Part shown: positions 13,178 through 28,149 of the stretch, in pieces | Numbering within the stretch: the first letter of the stretch is position 1 | Layout: every line of letters starts with the position of its first letter | Position numbers and translations under genes: made by a program | DNA from: Malacoraja senta | Taxonomy: Eukaryota | Assembly: GCA_038087875.1 (NCBI GenBank) | Contig: CM075997.1 | Location: 3,164,001 to 3,228,000, forward strand | Direction: 5' to 3' | Length of the DNA: 64,000 bases | The notes under the pieces: generated by a model | What the model was told of the DNA's origin: nothing | The model's database searches: none | What the model saw: the letters and a program-made list of their open reading frames with translations, nothing else

Positions 13178-13500
13178 GGGCGGCACGGTGGCGCAGCGAT
13201 AGAGAGCTGCCTTACAGCAGCGATAGAATATAGCTTTTAGCGCCAGTGACCCGGGATCCAACCTGACTACAGGTGCTTGTCTGTATGGAGTTTGTATGTT
13301 CTCCCCGTGATTTGCGTGGGTTTTCTCCGGTATCTCCGGTTTCCTCCCACACTCCAAAGACGTGCACGTTTGTAGGCTAATTGACTGGGTGAAATTGTAA
13401 ATTGTCCCCAGTGTGTAGGATTGTGTGTGGGGATCGCTGGTCGGGCAGACTTGGATGCCGAAGGGCCTGTTTCCAGGCTGCATCTCTAAACTAAACTAAA
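13178..13500 (+). mobile_element. HE1-type SINE
   Basis: Head ggcggcacggtggcgcagcg, V-domain, (ctaaa)n tail. Confidence 0.85.
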
Positions 13501-13804
13501 ACACAAAGTACTTGAGGAACTCTGGAGTTCAGTCAGCATTGATGGAGGGATTGGATGGTACATTTTGTGTCTTGACCCCCTTCAGACTGATTATAGTGGG
13601 TTTGGCGGAGAAATTAATGCGGTAGGGTCTGCACAAAGCCTAGCAAGTGATGGCTGAATGCGGGGCGAGGGGTTGATTGGTGGATTAGTGGACACAGGTT
13701 AGAGATGAAAAGGAGACAAAAGATGTCAGGTAAGAGGAGAGAGGAGGAGTGAAATGTAAAGCCAAAGGGAGGAATAGAGGAGGAAGGGGGCAGGAGAGGG
13801 GAAA

Positions 13805-13964
13805 GTCAAGTGTTTTATTGTCGTATGTCCCAGATAGAACAATGAAATTCTTACTTGCTGCAGCACAACAGAATATGTAAACACAGTACACTGTAAATAA
13901 TATGATAAACGAGAGAGAGGAAAAAAAGTTCAGTGTCTGTGTATATGTATGTATGTGTATATAA

Positions 13965-14023
<59 letters not shown>

Positions 14024-14312
14024 TGTATCTGTGTGTATATATATGTACGTGTATATATACTCAAAAAACAAACAATAATAGTGCAATAATAACAATAGTC
14101 TATTGTAGTTCAGAGCTTATATGAGGTTGTTGTGTTTCGTAGCCTGGTGGCTGTAGGGAATAAGCTGTTCTTGAACCTGGACGTTACTGTTTTCAGGCTC
14201 TTGTACCTTCTTCCCAATGGTGAGATGAGTGTGTGGCCAGGATGGTGTGGGTCTCTGATGATGTTGGCTGCCTTTTTGAGGCAGCGACTCCGATAAATCC
14301 CTTTGATGGTGG
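13805..14312 (-). mobile_element. Rex1/Babar-like LINE 3' end with internal (TA)n
   Basis: IYRSRCLKKAANIIRDPHHPGHTLI...GRRYKSLKTVTSRFKNSLFPTATRL; (TA)n at about 13972-14018. Confidence 0.75.
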
Positions 14313-14591
14313 GATAAGAGAAATGAGGCACTCGGGATTGGGAGATATGCATGGGAAGGAGGGGAATTGAGGAGGGTGATGGGGGGTGGGCGAAAGATGG
14401 TTGAGGCACAGGAAGGAGAGGGGGTAGCTGGGGTATTATTTACAATTTGAGAATTGAATGTTCATACACTGGATTGTACACAACCCTGATGCTTCATTTA
14501 ACAATACAAACCCTGACGCTGTTCTCAAAATTCCAAATCGAGAGGATTGTGAGTGATGCTGCCCAAAGTGGAGAGGAGTCGGTGGTAGTAA

Positions 14592-14830
14592 AGGGGCTTG
14601 TCCCACTTTCAAGACCTAATTCACGACCTTGTTTACTCGTGGACATTTTTCATCATGCTACAAAAAATGCCCCGACCTACTTGATGTCACGAGTACCTAT
14701 GACTAGCATCACGGCCTGCTACGACCTACCTACGACCTCCTACGACCTCGTGACGACCATGCTGCGAGTATGAGTCAAGGGCAAACTTGGCAGAGGTCGT
14801 GAATTAGGTCGTGAAAGTGGGACAGGCCCT
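14592..14830. mobile_element. PIF/Harbinger-type MITE, subfamily A
   Basis: Same TIR and internal core as 1859-2073; flanked by TAA and TTA. Confidence 0.82.
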
Positions 14831-16197
14831 TTATGATTCCCCTATTGGAAGTCAGTCTAAAGTAAGGTTGCAGAAGGCACATGTTTGGGCTGTTAGGTTT
14901 TTGAGAGTTTGAAGCATGCACCGACCGACTTTACCATGAACCAGAGGGGTAGGATAGGAAGAGGAAAGAGTGGTCTTTGCTGGCATGAATAATTGCTGGT
15001 CTGAGAGTTCTGTGCCTGCTTGGAAGCAGAGAATAGGGAATCCAGCTGCTGCCTTTTATGGGTGAGTCACATAGAATCTAGAGTTTAGTTTAATTTATTG
15101 TCACGTGTACCTGGGGGGAAGAATGAAAAGCTTTTTTTGTTGCGTGCTATTCAGTCAGTGGAAAGACGACAAGATTATAATCATGCCTTCCACAGTGTAG
15201 ATACAGGATAAAGGGAATAACATTTAGTTCAAGGTAAAGATAGTCCGAGAGTCTCCAATGAGATAGATGGTAGCTCAGGGTGGTAGCCCCCTCTTCCTGT
15301 GCTTCAATTAAGGAAATCCAGCCTTCTCATTCTTTCTCAATGACTCCTACTGGAAAGCATGTGCAAATTAAATGAGAATAAGATCCGGATCAGCAGGAAG
15401 TCTTTGCTGAATCCCATTGGGAGACTGTTGAATCACCAGCCCCGATTTTAAAATGGCAGCACAGAGCTCCAATTCTTTTTGAGGAGAATTGTACCAATCG
15501 TGAAACAACTGATACAGGTAAATTTCTACTAATAAATTATTTTTTTCATCATTTGCATTGTTTAGGTCAATTTTGTTAACAACCAGTTAGAAGTGGGTAC
15601 AGCCAGAGTTAGACTGACATTTGATTCAGCACATTGTTCTTGAACTCAATACATTGTTCTCAAAGCTCCTGATGACCAAATCTTCCAGATGGTGTTTTTA
15701 TCCTTATTTGAATGAAGGAATAACCAGCCACCCCAGTTTTCATCTTGGGCAGATCATTGATTGCATGGCACAATTTTAAAAATGCTACTATGATAACTCT
15801 AGTACTATTAGTCAATAATTATCTGCAGCAAACATTACTAAACAGTATCTGGTAACATCACATTGCTCTATGTGGCAACATACCGACGACAGCATTTCCT
15901 ATGTTACAAAAGTAATGACACGTCAGATGTATTTGACTGTAAAGCTCTTTGGGACTTGGAACATTGCTGATATAATGTGAGGCCCCAATGGTGAATACAG
16001 CATTTGAATGAATCAAACAGCCTCTTTGGTCTCTATTTTTCAGCACTTTGAGCTCTGGACAGGACAGGACAGGACAAGTTGTGTAACTCGAGCAAAACAC
16101 AAAGTGCGACAGGAACTCATCGGGTTAGGTAACATTTGGGGAGGCCGTGGTTCTAGACCAGAAACGTCACCTCCCTAGATGCTGCCTGATCAACTGA

Positions 16198-16492
16198 GTT
16201 TAGTTTAGAGATTTAGCACGGAAACTGGCTCTTCGGCCCAGCGAGTCTGTGACAGCCAGCGATCCCCGCACACTATCAATACCCTACTACACACTAGGGA
16301 AATTTACAATTTTACCAGGCCAATTAGCCTGCAAACCTGTACGTCTTTAGAGTTTGGAATGGAAACCGGAGCTCATGGAGAACACCCAAGCACGTCACGG
16401 GAAGAACGCACAAACTCCGTACAGTAAACACCTTCTGTCAGGATTGAATCGGGTCTCTGGCTCTGTAAGGGAGCAACTCTACCACTGTGCCA
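16198..16492 (-). mobile_element. HE1-type SINE
   Basis: Reverse-complement match to the family. Confidence 0.78.
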
Positions 16493-17460
16493 CCTGCTCC
16501 AGCTGTTTTCCTCAGGATTCCAGCATCTGCATTCCTCATGCCTTGTGGATAACTTTTTTTTGCCATGCTTGCAAAGGTTCTTTTGAAGAGAATGGCCTGC
16601 TCTTGGATAATTCTATGAGTCGTGTCAGAGACGGTGAGCGTGAGGGCTCCAAACATCTAAAAGCATATAGTGCCGGCAGGTAGAAAGATTAGGCTGTGAT
16701 TTTTGGAAATGAATGCTCTAACTCTTCAAATTGTGGATTAGCAAAAATTTAAATGGCTCTTATTTTCAAGGCAAATTTGTATGTGTGTCATCGATCGCTC
16801 GTGGCAGTTTAAGCAAAAAGAAACGCTACAAGTCTAACGTTTGTCTTCAGTGCAGTGGACTTTCTCCAGCATGTTTCAAGTTGCTGCCTAAAACAAGAGG
16901 CTCATTAGATTTGTGCGAGGCTGCATAGGAAACTCATTGAATCACATGTTCCACAAGTGAAAGAGCGTATAGTCTTTGGTGTCATATTAAATTCCACGCT
17001 TCTCCCTCCTCGACTGGAATAGACAGTATTTGTTTCTATGTGCTGTCATGTGCTTTAATACACTATTTCATGTGATTTTTTTGCTCTCTTTTTCTCTCTC
17101 TAAATAACCCCATGATCCAGACTGAGGTTTGGCCAGAGTCCTTGCTTTGAAAATGTAACATGCTCAGTTGCTTTATTTATGTGACTAGTGGGCAAACAGG
17201 AATATACATTATATAAGAACAGTAACTGGAAAGCAAAATGGCTTTAAATCTGAAATAAAAATTAATTATAGGAATATCCAGCAGGTCGGGCAGCATCTAG
17301 ATAGAGAGAGAGAGAGAGAGAGAATGTCACTGTTTTTTACCTCTTGTGGATGCAGTGTGACAATTTCAAGCTCTTTAAAAAAAAAATGTGATAGTATTTA
17401 TGTTATATACTGGTATAATGAAGGACCGCATGGTGGTACAGCGGTAGAGTTGCTGCCTTA

Positions 17461-17678
17461 AGGACCTGTCCCACTTTCCCGACCTAATTCACAACTTTTT
17501 TTACTCGTGGACATTTTTCATCAGGCTAGAAAAAACACCTCGACCTACTTGATGCCACGAGTACCTACGACTAGCATCACAACCTACCTACGACCTCGTG
17601 ACAACCATGCTGCGAGTATGAGTCAAGGGCAAACTCGGCAGAGGTTGTGAATTAGGTGATGAAAGTGGGGCAGGCCCT
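17461..17678. mobile_element. PIF/Harbinger-type MITE, subfamily A, nested in an HE1 SINE
   Basis: TTA TSD; splits the SINE tRNA-like head at gctgccTTA. Confidence 0.88.
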
Positions 17679-19954
17679 TTAGAGTGCCAGGGACCCCGAT
17701 TCGATCCTAACTATGGGTGCTGTCTGTACAGAGTTTGGATGTTCACCCTGTGACTGTGTGGGTTTCTCCAGGAGCTCCGGTTTCCTCCCACACTCCTGAA
17801 GATATGCAGGTTTGTAGGTTAAACGGCTTTTATTAATAGTCCTTAGTGTGTCGTATAGTGTTCGTGTATGGTGATCACTTGATGGCGTGGACCTGGTGGG
17901 CCAAAGGGCCTGTTTCCACTGCTGTATGTCTAAAGTAAAGTCTAAATATCTTCTTACCATACATTTTATCCAAATCCTTCATTTTACATAGTTACATCAA
18001 ACCCTTTGTCTTTTTCTGAAGAAAGTGTCACGGCCATTCTAAATTATTTTTATATCCGGATTCTCTCCTCCCAGAAGCTAATCTCATAACTCATTTCCCT
18101 CTTGAATTCCTTCACATCCTTCCTATAATGTTGTGTATTCAGATTTGAGCATGACTATCCACCCAAGACTGCACCAGTGTTTTCGGCAAAACTGCTTGTT
18201 TATATCCTGTTGCATTCTATCACATTTCTTTGTGCAGTAATCAGCGATTATACAATTCTGGCTCTACAGTTTTTGCTGTTCCACTCAAAACAGCACAAGA
18301 ACAGACTCTTCAGCTCACAATATCTGTGCCAAACATGATGGCAACATGAACTAATCTAATTTCCTGCACACCATCCACGTCCTTCCATTCCCTGCATATC
18401 CATATGCCTATGCAAAAGCCTCCGTCTACCTATCCTGAAAAAGTTTTAAGTAATTCAAGAGCCTTGGTGTTCACCTTTTCTTTCCTTTTGCTTGCTTGTG
18501 GAAAGTTGTGACCTTTTCATTTCTAAATTTCGTGGCAAGAAGAGATTATGTAAGGAATATTCTATTGGTCAGTCCTTTCCGTGTTTCCATCCCCATTCTG
18601 GGCCACTTGATCCTGACTTATTGTGTTGCTGTTGCATCGCTCCACCTATTCCTACTTTTGCTCGTGCAATTAGAGTGGGTGTGTGACTTTGCAAGTTGTA
18701 ACTTGTGCATCCTGTAATTACAGTTGAATTATTGAAACTTCAATGGGATGGCAGATGCTTGGTGCAGCGTATTCAATATTGGAAGGAATCAGAGTCTGTT
18801 CTGACACGGCTCATTAACCTCGAGTGCAAATCGTGCTTTTGTTCTACATTGTGACTTGGGTAGGAGACGTATTAATCTGGAGCAAGATACTTCTATCTCT
18901 TCTATCACGAGTCAGATGGGCTTTCTGGCTCAAAATATCGAAGTCCATTTCCCTCCACAGATGCTGCTTGGCCTGCTGAGTTCCCCAAGCAGATTTTGTT
19001 CTATCTCAATAACCTTGTTAATTAAATGCACTTAAAATGTAACACTGTGTCGCATGTATTTTGTCGCATTCTTTGGTGGAGAACTGATCAGTGTGTGGTA
19101 AGATTTCTTTGAAATCAATCCCCAGTCATTTCACGCAGTGATTGGTAGTGTATTGGTATCTTTATTCTAACTGGGAAAATTCTTCAATTCTATTGAGATG
19201 ATTCAAATCAGAATCAGAATCGCACTTTATTCGCCAAGCATGTTTTTGCAACATACGACGAATTTCATTGGCCAGGTCAGTCGTACAATTAAAAGCAACA
19301 GATCACTCAAAAAAACAAATTTTAACATGAACCCATCCACAGTTCCTCACTGTGATGGAAGGCGAAATAAAGTTCAAGTCCTTTTGTTCTTCCTCGGTCG
19401 TGGGCCTCGAGCCCCTGTTGACGGGATGATCTTGACTCCCGTAGCCAGCAGCGTTCGGGCCCTCCGCGTCGAGGCGATCAAGCTCCGCATCTGGGGGATG
19501 TCAGCGGGCGATCGAACCTTGCGTCGGGGCTGGTCAAACCTTCCACGACGTTGGAGCTCCCGACTCGGCCTCACCCGAGACTGCGAGCCCTTGGTGTTGG
19601 TTCCGCGGTGGGAGCGATCCCAGGTAAGGGATCAGCTCCAAAGTTAAGTCCGCGCCCCGCGGTGGGGCTCACGACAGTCCGAGGAGGCTTCCAGCTCCAT
19701 TGAGCCTGGAGAATGTGATCCGAAAATTGATCACATCTCCGGGAAGGTAAGAACCTGAAAAAATATACATTATCAGATTAAACTCTACAGCTCTTCTCTC
19801 ACCATTGGAAGGAGATAATTTGCATATGGGTTTTACATGGATAATAAAGTATGGGGAAGGGAATTAGGAGTGACATAAGGAGAATTTTTTATGCAGTGTG
19901 GTGGACACTTGAATGCTCTGCCAGCAGAAGAGTGGAAACTGGTTCCGTCATGGC

Positions 19955-20345
19955 CTTTTTTATTATACAAATACTTTTATCAATATAATAAATATACAAA
20001 TTAACACAATCAAAGACTGCCTATGTTGACAGTTTTACAAACAAACGATCATTAAATTAATATAACGGCAACTTTATCAACAAAACACTCAACCTCCCGC
20101 GGAGACCAGCGTTCACGGAAGGCCTCAAGTCCCCGTGGCCACCATGCGTTCCCTCTCCAGGGACACGCGGGCACGGACGTAGGCCCGGAAAAGGGGCAGG
20201 CAGCCGACCCTGGTGCAGCCGTCGACTACCCGCTGCCTGGACCCGCGAACGGCCATCTTGGCCAGGTCCAGGAGCAGACCGACAGGGATATCCGTCGTGG
20301 CCTTTGGGAGGGAAGGAACGAATAAATGGTGAAGAGAACTTCGTA
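19955..20345 (-). mobile_element. Tx1-like (L1 clade) retrotransposon 3' fragment
   Basis: Reverse strand reads LLDLAKMAVRGSRQR...CLPLFRAYVRARVSLER, a C-terminus I recall from Tx1-type ORF2; homologous to 62255-62615. Confidence 0.65.
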
Positions 20346-23300
20346 AGACGACAGGGTTGGGAGATGGCCACTGAGTTCATTTATTAAAGAGTGGGCACGA
20401 TGGACTCAATGTTTTGACATGCCTGCCTTTTTTTGACTGTTTGTGACATAATTTAATCTACCTGTTTCCAGTCCATGTTCTCTAGTGGGGAAAAATAGTT
20501 ATCGATCTCTGATTTAAAATGAACAATCCAATTACCACTGAAGACTGACACAAATGCTGGAGTAACTCAGTGGGTCAGGCAGCATCTCTGGAGAAAAGGG
20601 ATAGGTGACATTTCAGGTCGAGACCATCTCCTATTCCTTCTCTCCAGAGATGCTGCCTGTTTAGTTATTAAGTTATTAGAAATTTAGTTATTAGGAGGTT
20701 GGGCAAACTTGGATTATTTTATAGTCATAGAGTGATACAGTGTGGAAACAGGCCCTTCGGCCCAAACTTGCCCACACCGGCCAACATGTCCCAGCTACCG
20801 TCGTCCCACCTACCCGTGTTTGGTCCATATCCCTCCAAACCTGTCCTATCCATGTATTTGCTCTGGAGCAACGGAGGCCGAGCAGACACCTGGTTATAAA
20901 ATTATGTGAGACATAGAAAGGGTGGATGGTCAGTCTTTTTTTTTTCTTTTCTCCAGTGTAGAAGTGCCAGATACCAGAAGACATGGTTTAAGGTGTCAGG
21001 AGAATATTTAAAGTAGATGTGCAAGTCATATTTCCTGCACTTTTTACACAATGATTGGTGCATGAAATATGCTGCCTGGGAAGGTGGAGGACGCAGTAGT
21101 GATGTTTAAGAGGCATTTAGACGGGCACAGGAACAGGCGGGAAATACAAAGGACACAAAGGACATTTATTATCACATACACCAAATGGTGTAGAGAAATT
21201 CGACTTGCCAATGCAGCACACGAATAAAGATAAGACACAACATTAAAGAATTTAACAACATAAAAACATCCCCCCACAATGGTTCCCACTGTGGGGGAAG
21301 GCAGCAAAGTCCAGTCCCATCCCCTGTTCACCCATAGTCGGGCCTATTGTGGCCTCCGCAGCCAGTCCGATGTTTTCAGGCCCTCTTGCCGGAAAGCTGG
21401 AACTCCGGCGTCGGGTGAACATTCCTCAGCGGTTTGGAAATGGAGGGGTATGTATTGTGTAGGCCAATAATTTAATTTGGCATCTGGGTTGGCTCATAAT
21501 CACTTGTGTTCCTGTGCTGTACTGTTTTATATACTGAGTAGTTTTCCAAATTAGAAGAACTTTGGTGGATCATTATTGGGCCACATACAATGGTCTCGAT
21601 CATTTCCTTTCAAATCAAATGGTCTTGGGGATTTATCATCCTAGTTCCGTTATTGTAATTTCATAAATTGAGTCTCTATTCGTGATTCATAACTAGCCTT
21701 TTCAGGATCTCTGGCATGTTCTCGTCTTCCATAACTGGGAATTCCACCACATAAAGAATACTCTGTAAGCCAGAGCCTTTGTTTTCCGAGCGACGTCAGT
21801 GGGAATCGCTGGCGGCATCAGTGGGCGTAGATTTTGATGCCTATTTCGATGGACCACCCACCCTGGGCTTGCACTAGACGTTTGGGCACTGCCTGAGGTG
21901 GCAAAGTCTTGCAGGCAGTGACAGTGGAGGTTATGGTTAACATGAGTTGGAAACAGCCCTGTATTTGTGGGATGGATGGATGGATGGATGTTAACTGTTG
22001 GACCCGTCAGCCATGTTAACTGTAGGACTCATGGGGCAAATGACATGATGCATGTTACATTGCAAGAAACAGTCCATGCACAGATAGGTTGGGACACACT
22101 GCTTGGTTGGTCAGCAGCAATGCAGTAATGTGTGCCTGCAGCATGATTGCATGGATGGATTACAACTTGACCTGGGGGAGTTGATACCTTCAGTGGTTTT
22201 CCCTCTGTATCCTATGATGGTGCCAGCATGCAACGATGAGAAAGTCAAGCATTCAGAATTGTACAGCATGGAAACAGGCCCTTCGGCTAACTCATCCATG
22301 CTGACCAAGATGCCCCATCTAAGCTAGAAGATAAACACAACGCACTGGAGTGACTCAGCTGGTCAGGCAACATCTCTGGAAAAGAAGGATGGCTGCGTTT
22401 CTGGTCGGGACCCTTCTTCAGATTGCTCCAGCATTTTGTGTCCATCTTCGGTATATACCAGCATCTGCAGTTCCTTTCAACACATCTAAGCTAGTCCCAT
22501 TTGCCTGCGTTTGGCCTATTTCCCTCTAAATCTGTCCTATCTAGAGACCTCCCACTGGAATGCAGAATGTTCAAGCCATCATCTTTTAAAATGGGAAATT
22601 GAACCACGTCTTTGGACTGTCCTCTTGGACTTATGTATATATCCCACGGCATTGTTGAAAGACCAGGGAAATCCCCGCTACTGTTCTAACAAATGTGCAG
22701 CTATTGACCAGTTTCACCAAAACAAGTCATTGTTTAGTGGGACAAATGCAAAGATGGTTTGAAGTCTGAAATAAATTTGGAGAATGCTGGATATTTTCAG
22801 CAGGTCAGACAACATCAGTGGAGGCAAAAGTGTTATTGTTTCAGGTCAGCCTTTCATCCAAACCTTTATTGCGTGGCTTTGCACTGTGTACATTGGCTGC
22901 TGCATTTCTACCATCGTGGCAGTAAATCCACTTCAAAAATGTCTAACGTGCTACAAAGTACTTGTGGAATGCCTGCCTGTCCTGAAAATTGCGATAGACA
23001 TGCACACCGGAGGTGATATCTTTGCTGCTTGGCGGCAGGGTTGGAAACGTGCATGTCTGAGCATTGTTCTGGTCACAATTACGATTTTATGTGTTCTTGA
23101 TGGTTTTATTCCTGTAATGCAACAGAAACTGTAGAGATGACTTAAGTCTGACTCAGTAAACATTTCCAAATTCAGTCTAAATCGGATATAGAAATAGCAT
23201 ACTCATGGAGCAATCATAGGCTCGTGATTCAAAGTTAGAACATTTTTGAGCCAAGACAGAATTAGCTTTGTCTTTTCCTGGGCGTATCATCCTGCTGTAT

Positions 23301-24071
23301 TTTTGTTTGCATTATGCAATGTGCGGTGTAATGACAAATATTGTGCTGTCACACTGCCGTTTAGTCTTGGCAAGACAAGATTCCAGACACCATTCTTCTG
23401 TTCCAAACAAATCTTCCCAGAGCTGACATGTTTTTAAAAGAATCACAGAGCAGGTAGGCAGGGCATGTCGGAAGGTGGACAAAAGTGCTGGAGAAACTCA
23501 GTGGGTGCAGCAGCATCTATGGAGCGAAGGAAATAGGCAACGTTTTGGGCCGAAACCCTTCTGTCTGAAGAATGTCAGAAGAATGTTTGCTGACAGAATG
23601 CCAAAGCAGCTACTTCATGGTGAGCAGACTGAGATTAAATGATTAAGAAGGAACTGCAGATGCTGGAAAATCTACCTGAGATTAAATAATTACGTGGTGC
23701 ACAGAAAAACAGACTTTAAAGCCTTACACATCTGTAAAGGGTTTCAACATTGACACACACCGCTGGGGGCAAAGAGCATTGGACAGTGCTGTTTGGTGCG
23801 CCTGTATAAAAGGCGGTGCTCCCTCGTAAACGGGGAAGCTACAGTGGAAGAAGCAAATTTAAAAAGAATCTCAAATTGAGAGCCATTGGTGCAGCATGCC
23901 TCCACCTCTGTTTCCTGCATTTAAGCCCTGATTGATCTAATCAGTCATTTCCATACACATTGCAACATTCTAAACTAGATGTCATGGCCTTCCTTGAATG
24001 AGTGACGAACAGTGACAACAGATAAGATATTGATGCGTACTGTTGAAATGAATGACTAATTGTATCTAAGC

Positions 24072-24372
24072 TGCACAGTGGCGCAGCGGTAGAGTTGCTG
24101 CCTTTTACAGCGCCAGAGACCCGGGTTCGATCCTGACCTCGGATGCTGTCTGTACGGAGTTTGTACCTCCTCCCCGTGACCACGTGGGTTTTCTCCGGGT
24201 GCTCTGGTGTCCTCCCACACTCCAAAGACGTACAGATTTGTAGATGAATTGGCTTTGGAAAAAATGATAAATTGTCCCGACTGCGTAGGATAGCACTAGT
24301 GTACGGGGTGATTGCTGGTCGGTGCAGACTCTGTGAGCTGAAGGGCCTGTTTCCACACTGTATCTCTAAAAT
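24072..24372 (+). mobile_element. HE1-type SINE
   Basis: Well-preserved head gtggcgcagcggtagagttgctgcc...gggttcgatcc, V-domain and tail. Confidence 0.85.
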
Positions 24373-25198
24373 CTGAAGTAAAGTTGGGGGAGGGAGTGAG
24401 AGTGCTGTGTTTGGGTACAGCTATCATTAAACTCTGAAGACTGTTTGAGGAGTTGTTGCTTCATGCCGTTCTGGGTGGGGTTAGCGTTGTAGCAAAAATT
24501 CCAGTCAATGAGAGGTTTGAAACCCTGATTCAGGATCAAACTGGAAGCAAAACCTAAAGAGTTAGTCAATGTTGCTTTCCGTCATCGTTCATTATTCATT
24601 GTGAGCGTCAGTCAGTGTGGTGTCTCACGTTTGGGGGTGTGTCTGAGTGATGTCGCAAATACTGGAATAAAAGCCAAAACTCCACGGTTGCAGTATTAGC
24701 TCGGAGAAACTTCTGATGCCTGTGGCTGCCTAGGTAATGTTCTCAGATTTAATTTTTACTTTTAAATGTGTTCTGGAATCTTTCTGTTTGCTCTTCCTGG
24801 AGTATATTTCCCATTCAAATCTTACAGGATTTGAAATGACTTGCCGTTTTGGAATTCTTCTGGAGTCAGTGGAGTGTGTCAAATTCCAGTTACCAGTGTT
24901 GAGTGGATGTCACATTCTATAGTTTCAACCAACTTTCTGAATCGCGCCTGCTTGGTATTCAAAATAATATCAAGGTTAATATGATCATTAAAATCAATAT
25001 AGCTGCCTCACACTATGTATTGTGACTAAGAGCACCTGATCAGTTGAGAAGTTGTATTATTTATTTTCAAAATTAAAAGTTGGTAAGATACCTATGTAAA
25101 GAAGGGTCCCGAGCCAAAAGGTTAGTCTGAAGAAGGGTCCCGGCCTGAAATGTCACCTACACATTTTCTCCAGAGATGTGGCCTAACATGCTGAGTTA

Positions 25199-25497
25199 AG
25201 GACCTGTCCCGCTTTCCTGAGTCCTCTGCCGAGTTGAAAGGACCTTTAAAACAAAAATCAACATTTTTGTGATCTATGAACTCCTCCTCCCGACTATCTT
25301 TTTACTCGTGGACTTTTTTGTTATGCTGAAAAAAAGTCCCGACTTGCCTGATGCCCCGAGTACCTACGGCTGGCATTACGAGCCGCTATGATATATCTAC
25401 GGACTCCTAGGGCCTCGCTGCGGTCATTCTCCGAGTTTGAATCAAGGGGAAAGCTCGGGAGAATTCGTGAGTAACTCGGGAAAGTGGGACAGGCCCT
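25199..25497. mobile_element. PIF/Harbinger-type MITE, subfamily B, nested in a Penelope-derived repeat
   Basis: TTA TSD; splits gctgagTTActcc; shares its core with 31955-32324. Confidence 0.85.
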
Positions 25498-28149
25498 TTA
25501 CTCCTGTACTTTGTGTCTGCAATTGAGTTTAAGTTTGGTGACTCCCCCTGAATATGGTGACTCCCCCGAGAATGCACCATATTCAGTAAGGGAGGAGGGC
25601 TGGAAAAGTTGCAGGTTCCCTTTCTAGGACAAAGCTTGAACCAGGCAGGATATTGTGATCATTCCTGTGGTCGTTTTAATTTAACACCACACAAATGCAG
25701 AGTGGCTGAATCTTGCGCTCTTATACCGAGTGGCTTTATTGAATTGAATTTCACAATTTGCCGTGGTGGCTTTTTGATCTTGTGACCTTGAGCGTTGCTG
25801 GACGAGTTCCGCAGCCACTGATGTTTTGATTACTAGTAGCCGTGCAGGTGAATACACTGTGGACATTGTTAACTCTGTTATAACCAGAACACATTGTTTT
25901 GTAGACTTTTTAAATTCTGGGCGCAGTCCCTATGCGCAACAGTCATGTCTTTGTTTGTGGCTACTTGGTCTTTGAGGCAGGGGGGCTAGTGTGGGCAGGT
26001 CTGCCCTGCTGGTTTGGGATGAGCGATTAAAGTCCGTCTGCACCTTTGCTGCTGCTGCAGAATACCACGGCAGATTCTTGCATGTGGAATGGTGAAGTGA
26101 AGGAGACATAAGGAACTGCAGAAGCTGGAATCTTGAGCAGAACACACAGTTCGGGGGGAGCCGTGAGGGTGAGTTTAGTGCTTTCCCCAGTTGTTATAAT
26201 GTTGAGTCCTATCCATGTGCCAGATTATTGGCTGTGGTGTGTGTAGAGGGCATGTTGGAGTCTATGCACTGTTGGAGCATGTTGCACTGTCATCAGCGGT
26301 CACTCGAAACGAGTATGACTCTCCTCTCCATAGGGTCGTCTACTTGTGGGTCTGCAGAGGCCGATCCAAGATCCACACACCTTGGTGCAACGTGGTCAGT
26401 GGAGACGAGCTGCACTGTACAGTGGCTTATTTAAAACTGGACGCAGGGCTGTAAGGGATCTGCTTGAGTTCTATTTCACACAAAAATTGGCTGGCCTATA
26501 TGTTACAAAAAAGATGAATAACACAAAATGCTGAAATTCCCAATCGGCAATTTCTACTGCTCCATTGACGGCCAAGAGGGGTTGGTGTGGGCAAGTTGGG
26601 CCGAAGGGGCTATTTCCACTCTGTGACACTGTGACTCCTGTATTTTCTCTTCAAATCTCTCTTGCCTTTTTTATTCTTCTAAGTTTGTCTCTTGAAAGGC
26701 TCTTGACTGCCTACCTACAATATTAGTCCCTGTGTCTCCTTGTATTACTTGGCGTAAGATGCTAATTTTTCCAAATAACACTCTTGTGAAGTCCGGTTGA
26801 AAATTTGACAGCACTAAGGGTGCTATATAAATGCATGGAGTGGTTGAGCACATTTGGAGTTCCTGATTGCCAAATTCACTGCACTAGGCTAGTGTTAAAG
26901 TTTATTAATAAAGTGATCTGCTTCTCTCCTGTGCTTCAGTGTGAACTCGATGACCGAACTGTGAATTAGCTGGTTTCATCAGCCAGGAGTTGGCACTGTT
27001 CCTGAAAGTCTTAAACCTGTGCACCAGGGTTGAAACTATGCATAAAATAACAAGCTGTGTGGTTTGTTTTGACTAGAGCTATGATCAATATTTTTTTTAA
27101 GTTTGAGGACCCAGAGAGACTCCTAATGAGCTGAAGTCATTGATGTTGCTGGGTTCGGAGAGACTGGAGCAGCACTGAGCCCAATCTCCCCTCCCCATGG
27201 AGCTTGCTTGCACCCCCCATTTTCCCTTGAGGCAGGTTGGAGGGCTTTTCTTCCTGCGTGCATTTTAACTCCCATCTTGTGGTTTAATTATTGACACATT
27301 TAGCTCGCAAAATAACCACAATAAACTGGACTTTATCTCACACTAAACGTTTTTCACGTTATTCCCTATGTCATGTATCTGTACCTGTGGAAGGCTTCAT
27401 TGTAATCATGTACTGTCTTTCCGCTGACTAGTTAGCACGCAACAAAAGCTTTTCACTGTACCTCGGTACACGTGACAATAAATTAAACTCAAACTCAAAG
27501 TGGTAGGAAGGAACTGCAGATGCTGGTTTAAACCGAAGAGAGACACAAAATGCTGGAGTTACTCAGCGGGACAGACAGCGTCCCTAGAGAGAAGAAATGG
27601 GTCTCTCCGTTCATACTGAAGTCTGAAGAAGGGTCTCGACCTGAAAAGTCACACATTCTTTCCCTGGGAGGAAGATAAGGAGGTGGGAGTCCTGGTTGGT
27701 TCCATTCAGGCTCGGTAATGCTAGCCACGAGAGCCCAAACCTGCTTGGTAAATTTCCTCAGCATGTACTCGGGTGAGAGAGTCTAACGAAGGAAGTTGCT
27801 GGTACCTGGGCTTACAAGTTCAACTTCCATCGTGACTGAGACTACATGGACATCAAGTTTATTTATCAACTGGAGATCGAGTCGGGTCAAGAGTGATAAA
27901 TTCTCATATGTACTGACAACAGAACAATGAACATTGTATTTTGCAATTCAGAATTTTACAATGACGTAGCTGTGGGTTTAAGTGAATTCAAATAGAAGAA
28001 TGAAACTTTACAGTTTTAGATCCTGGCTCAGAATCTTAAACAATAACCAACTTGAGTATTGATTGTGACAAACTGTTTTTAATTCACATTATCGAGCTGA
28101 ACAAGCATGCAGAGGCTGATGATGTGCTTCTGTTCTCTTCTGATAGCAG

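Noticed and set aside
24072..24135. tRNA gene-like A/B boxes
   Set aside because: These are SINE heads that continue into the V-domain and LINE-like tail.
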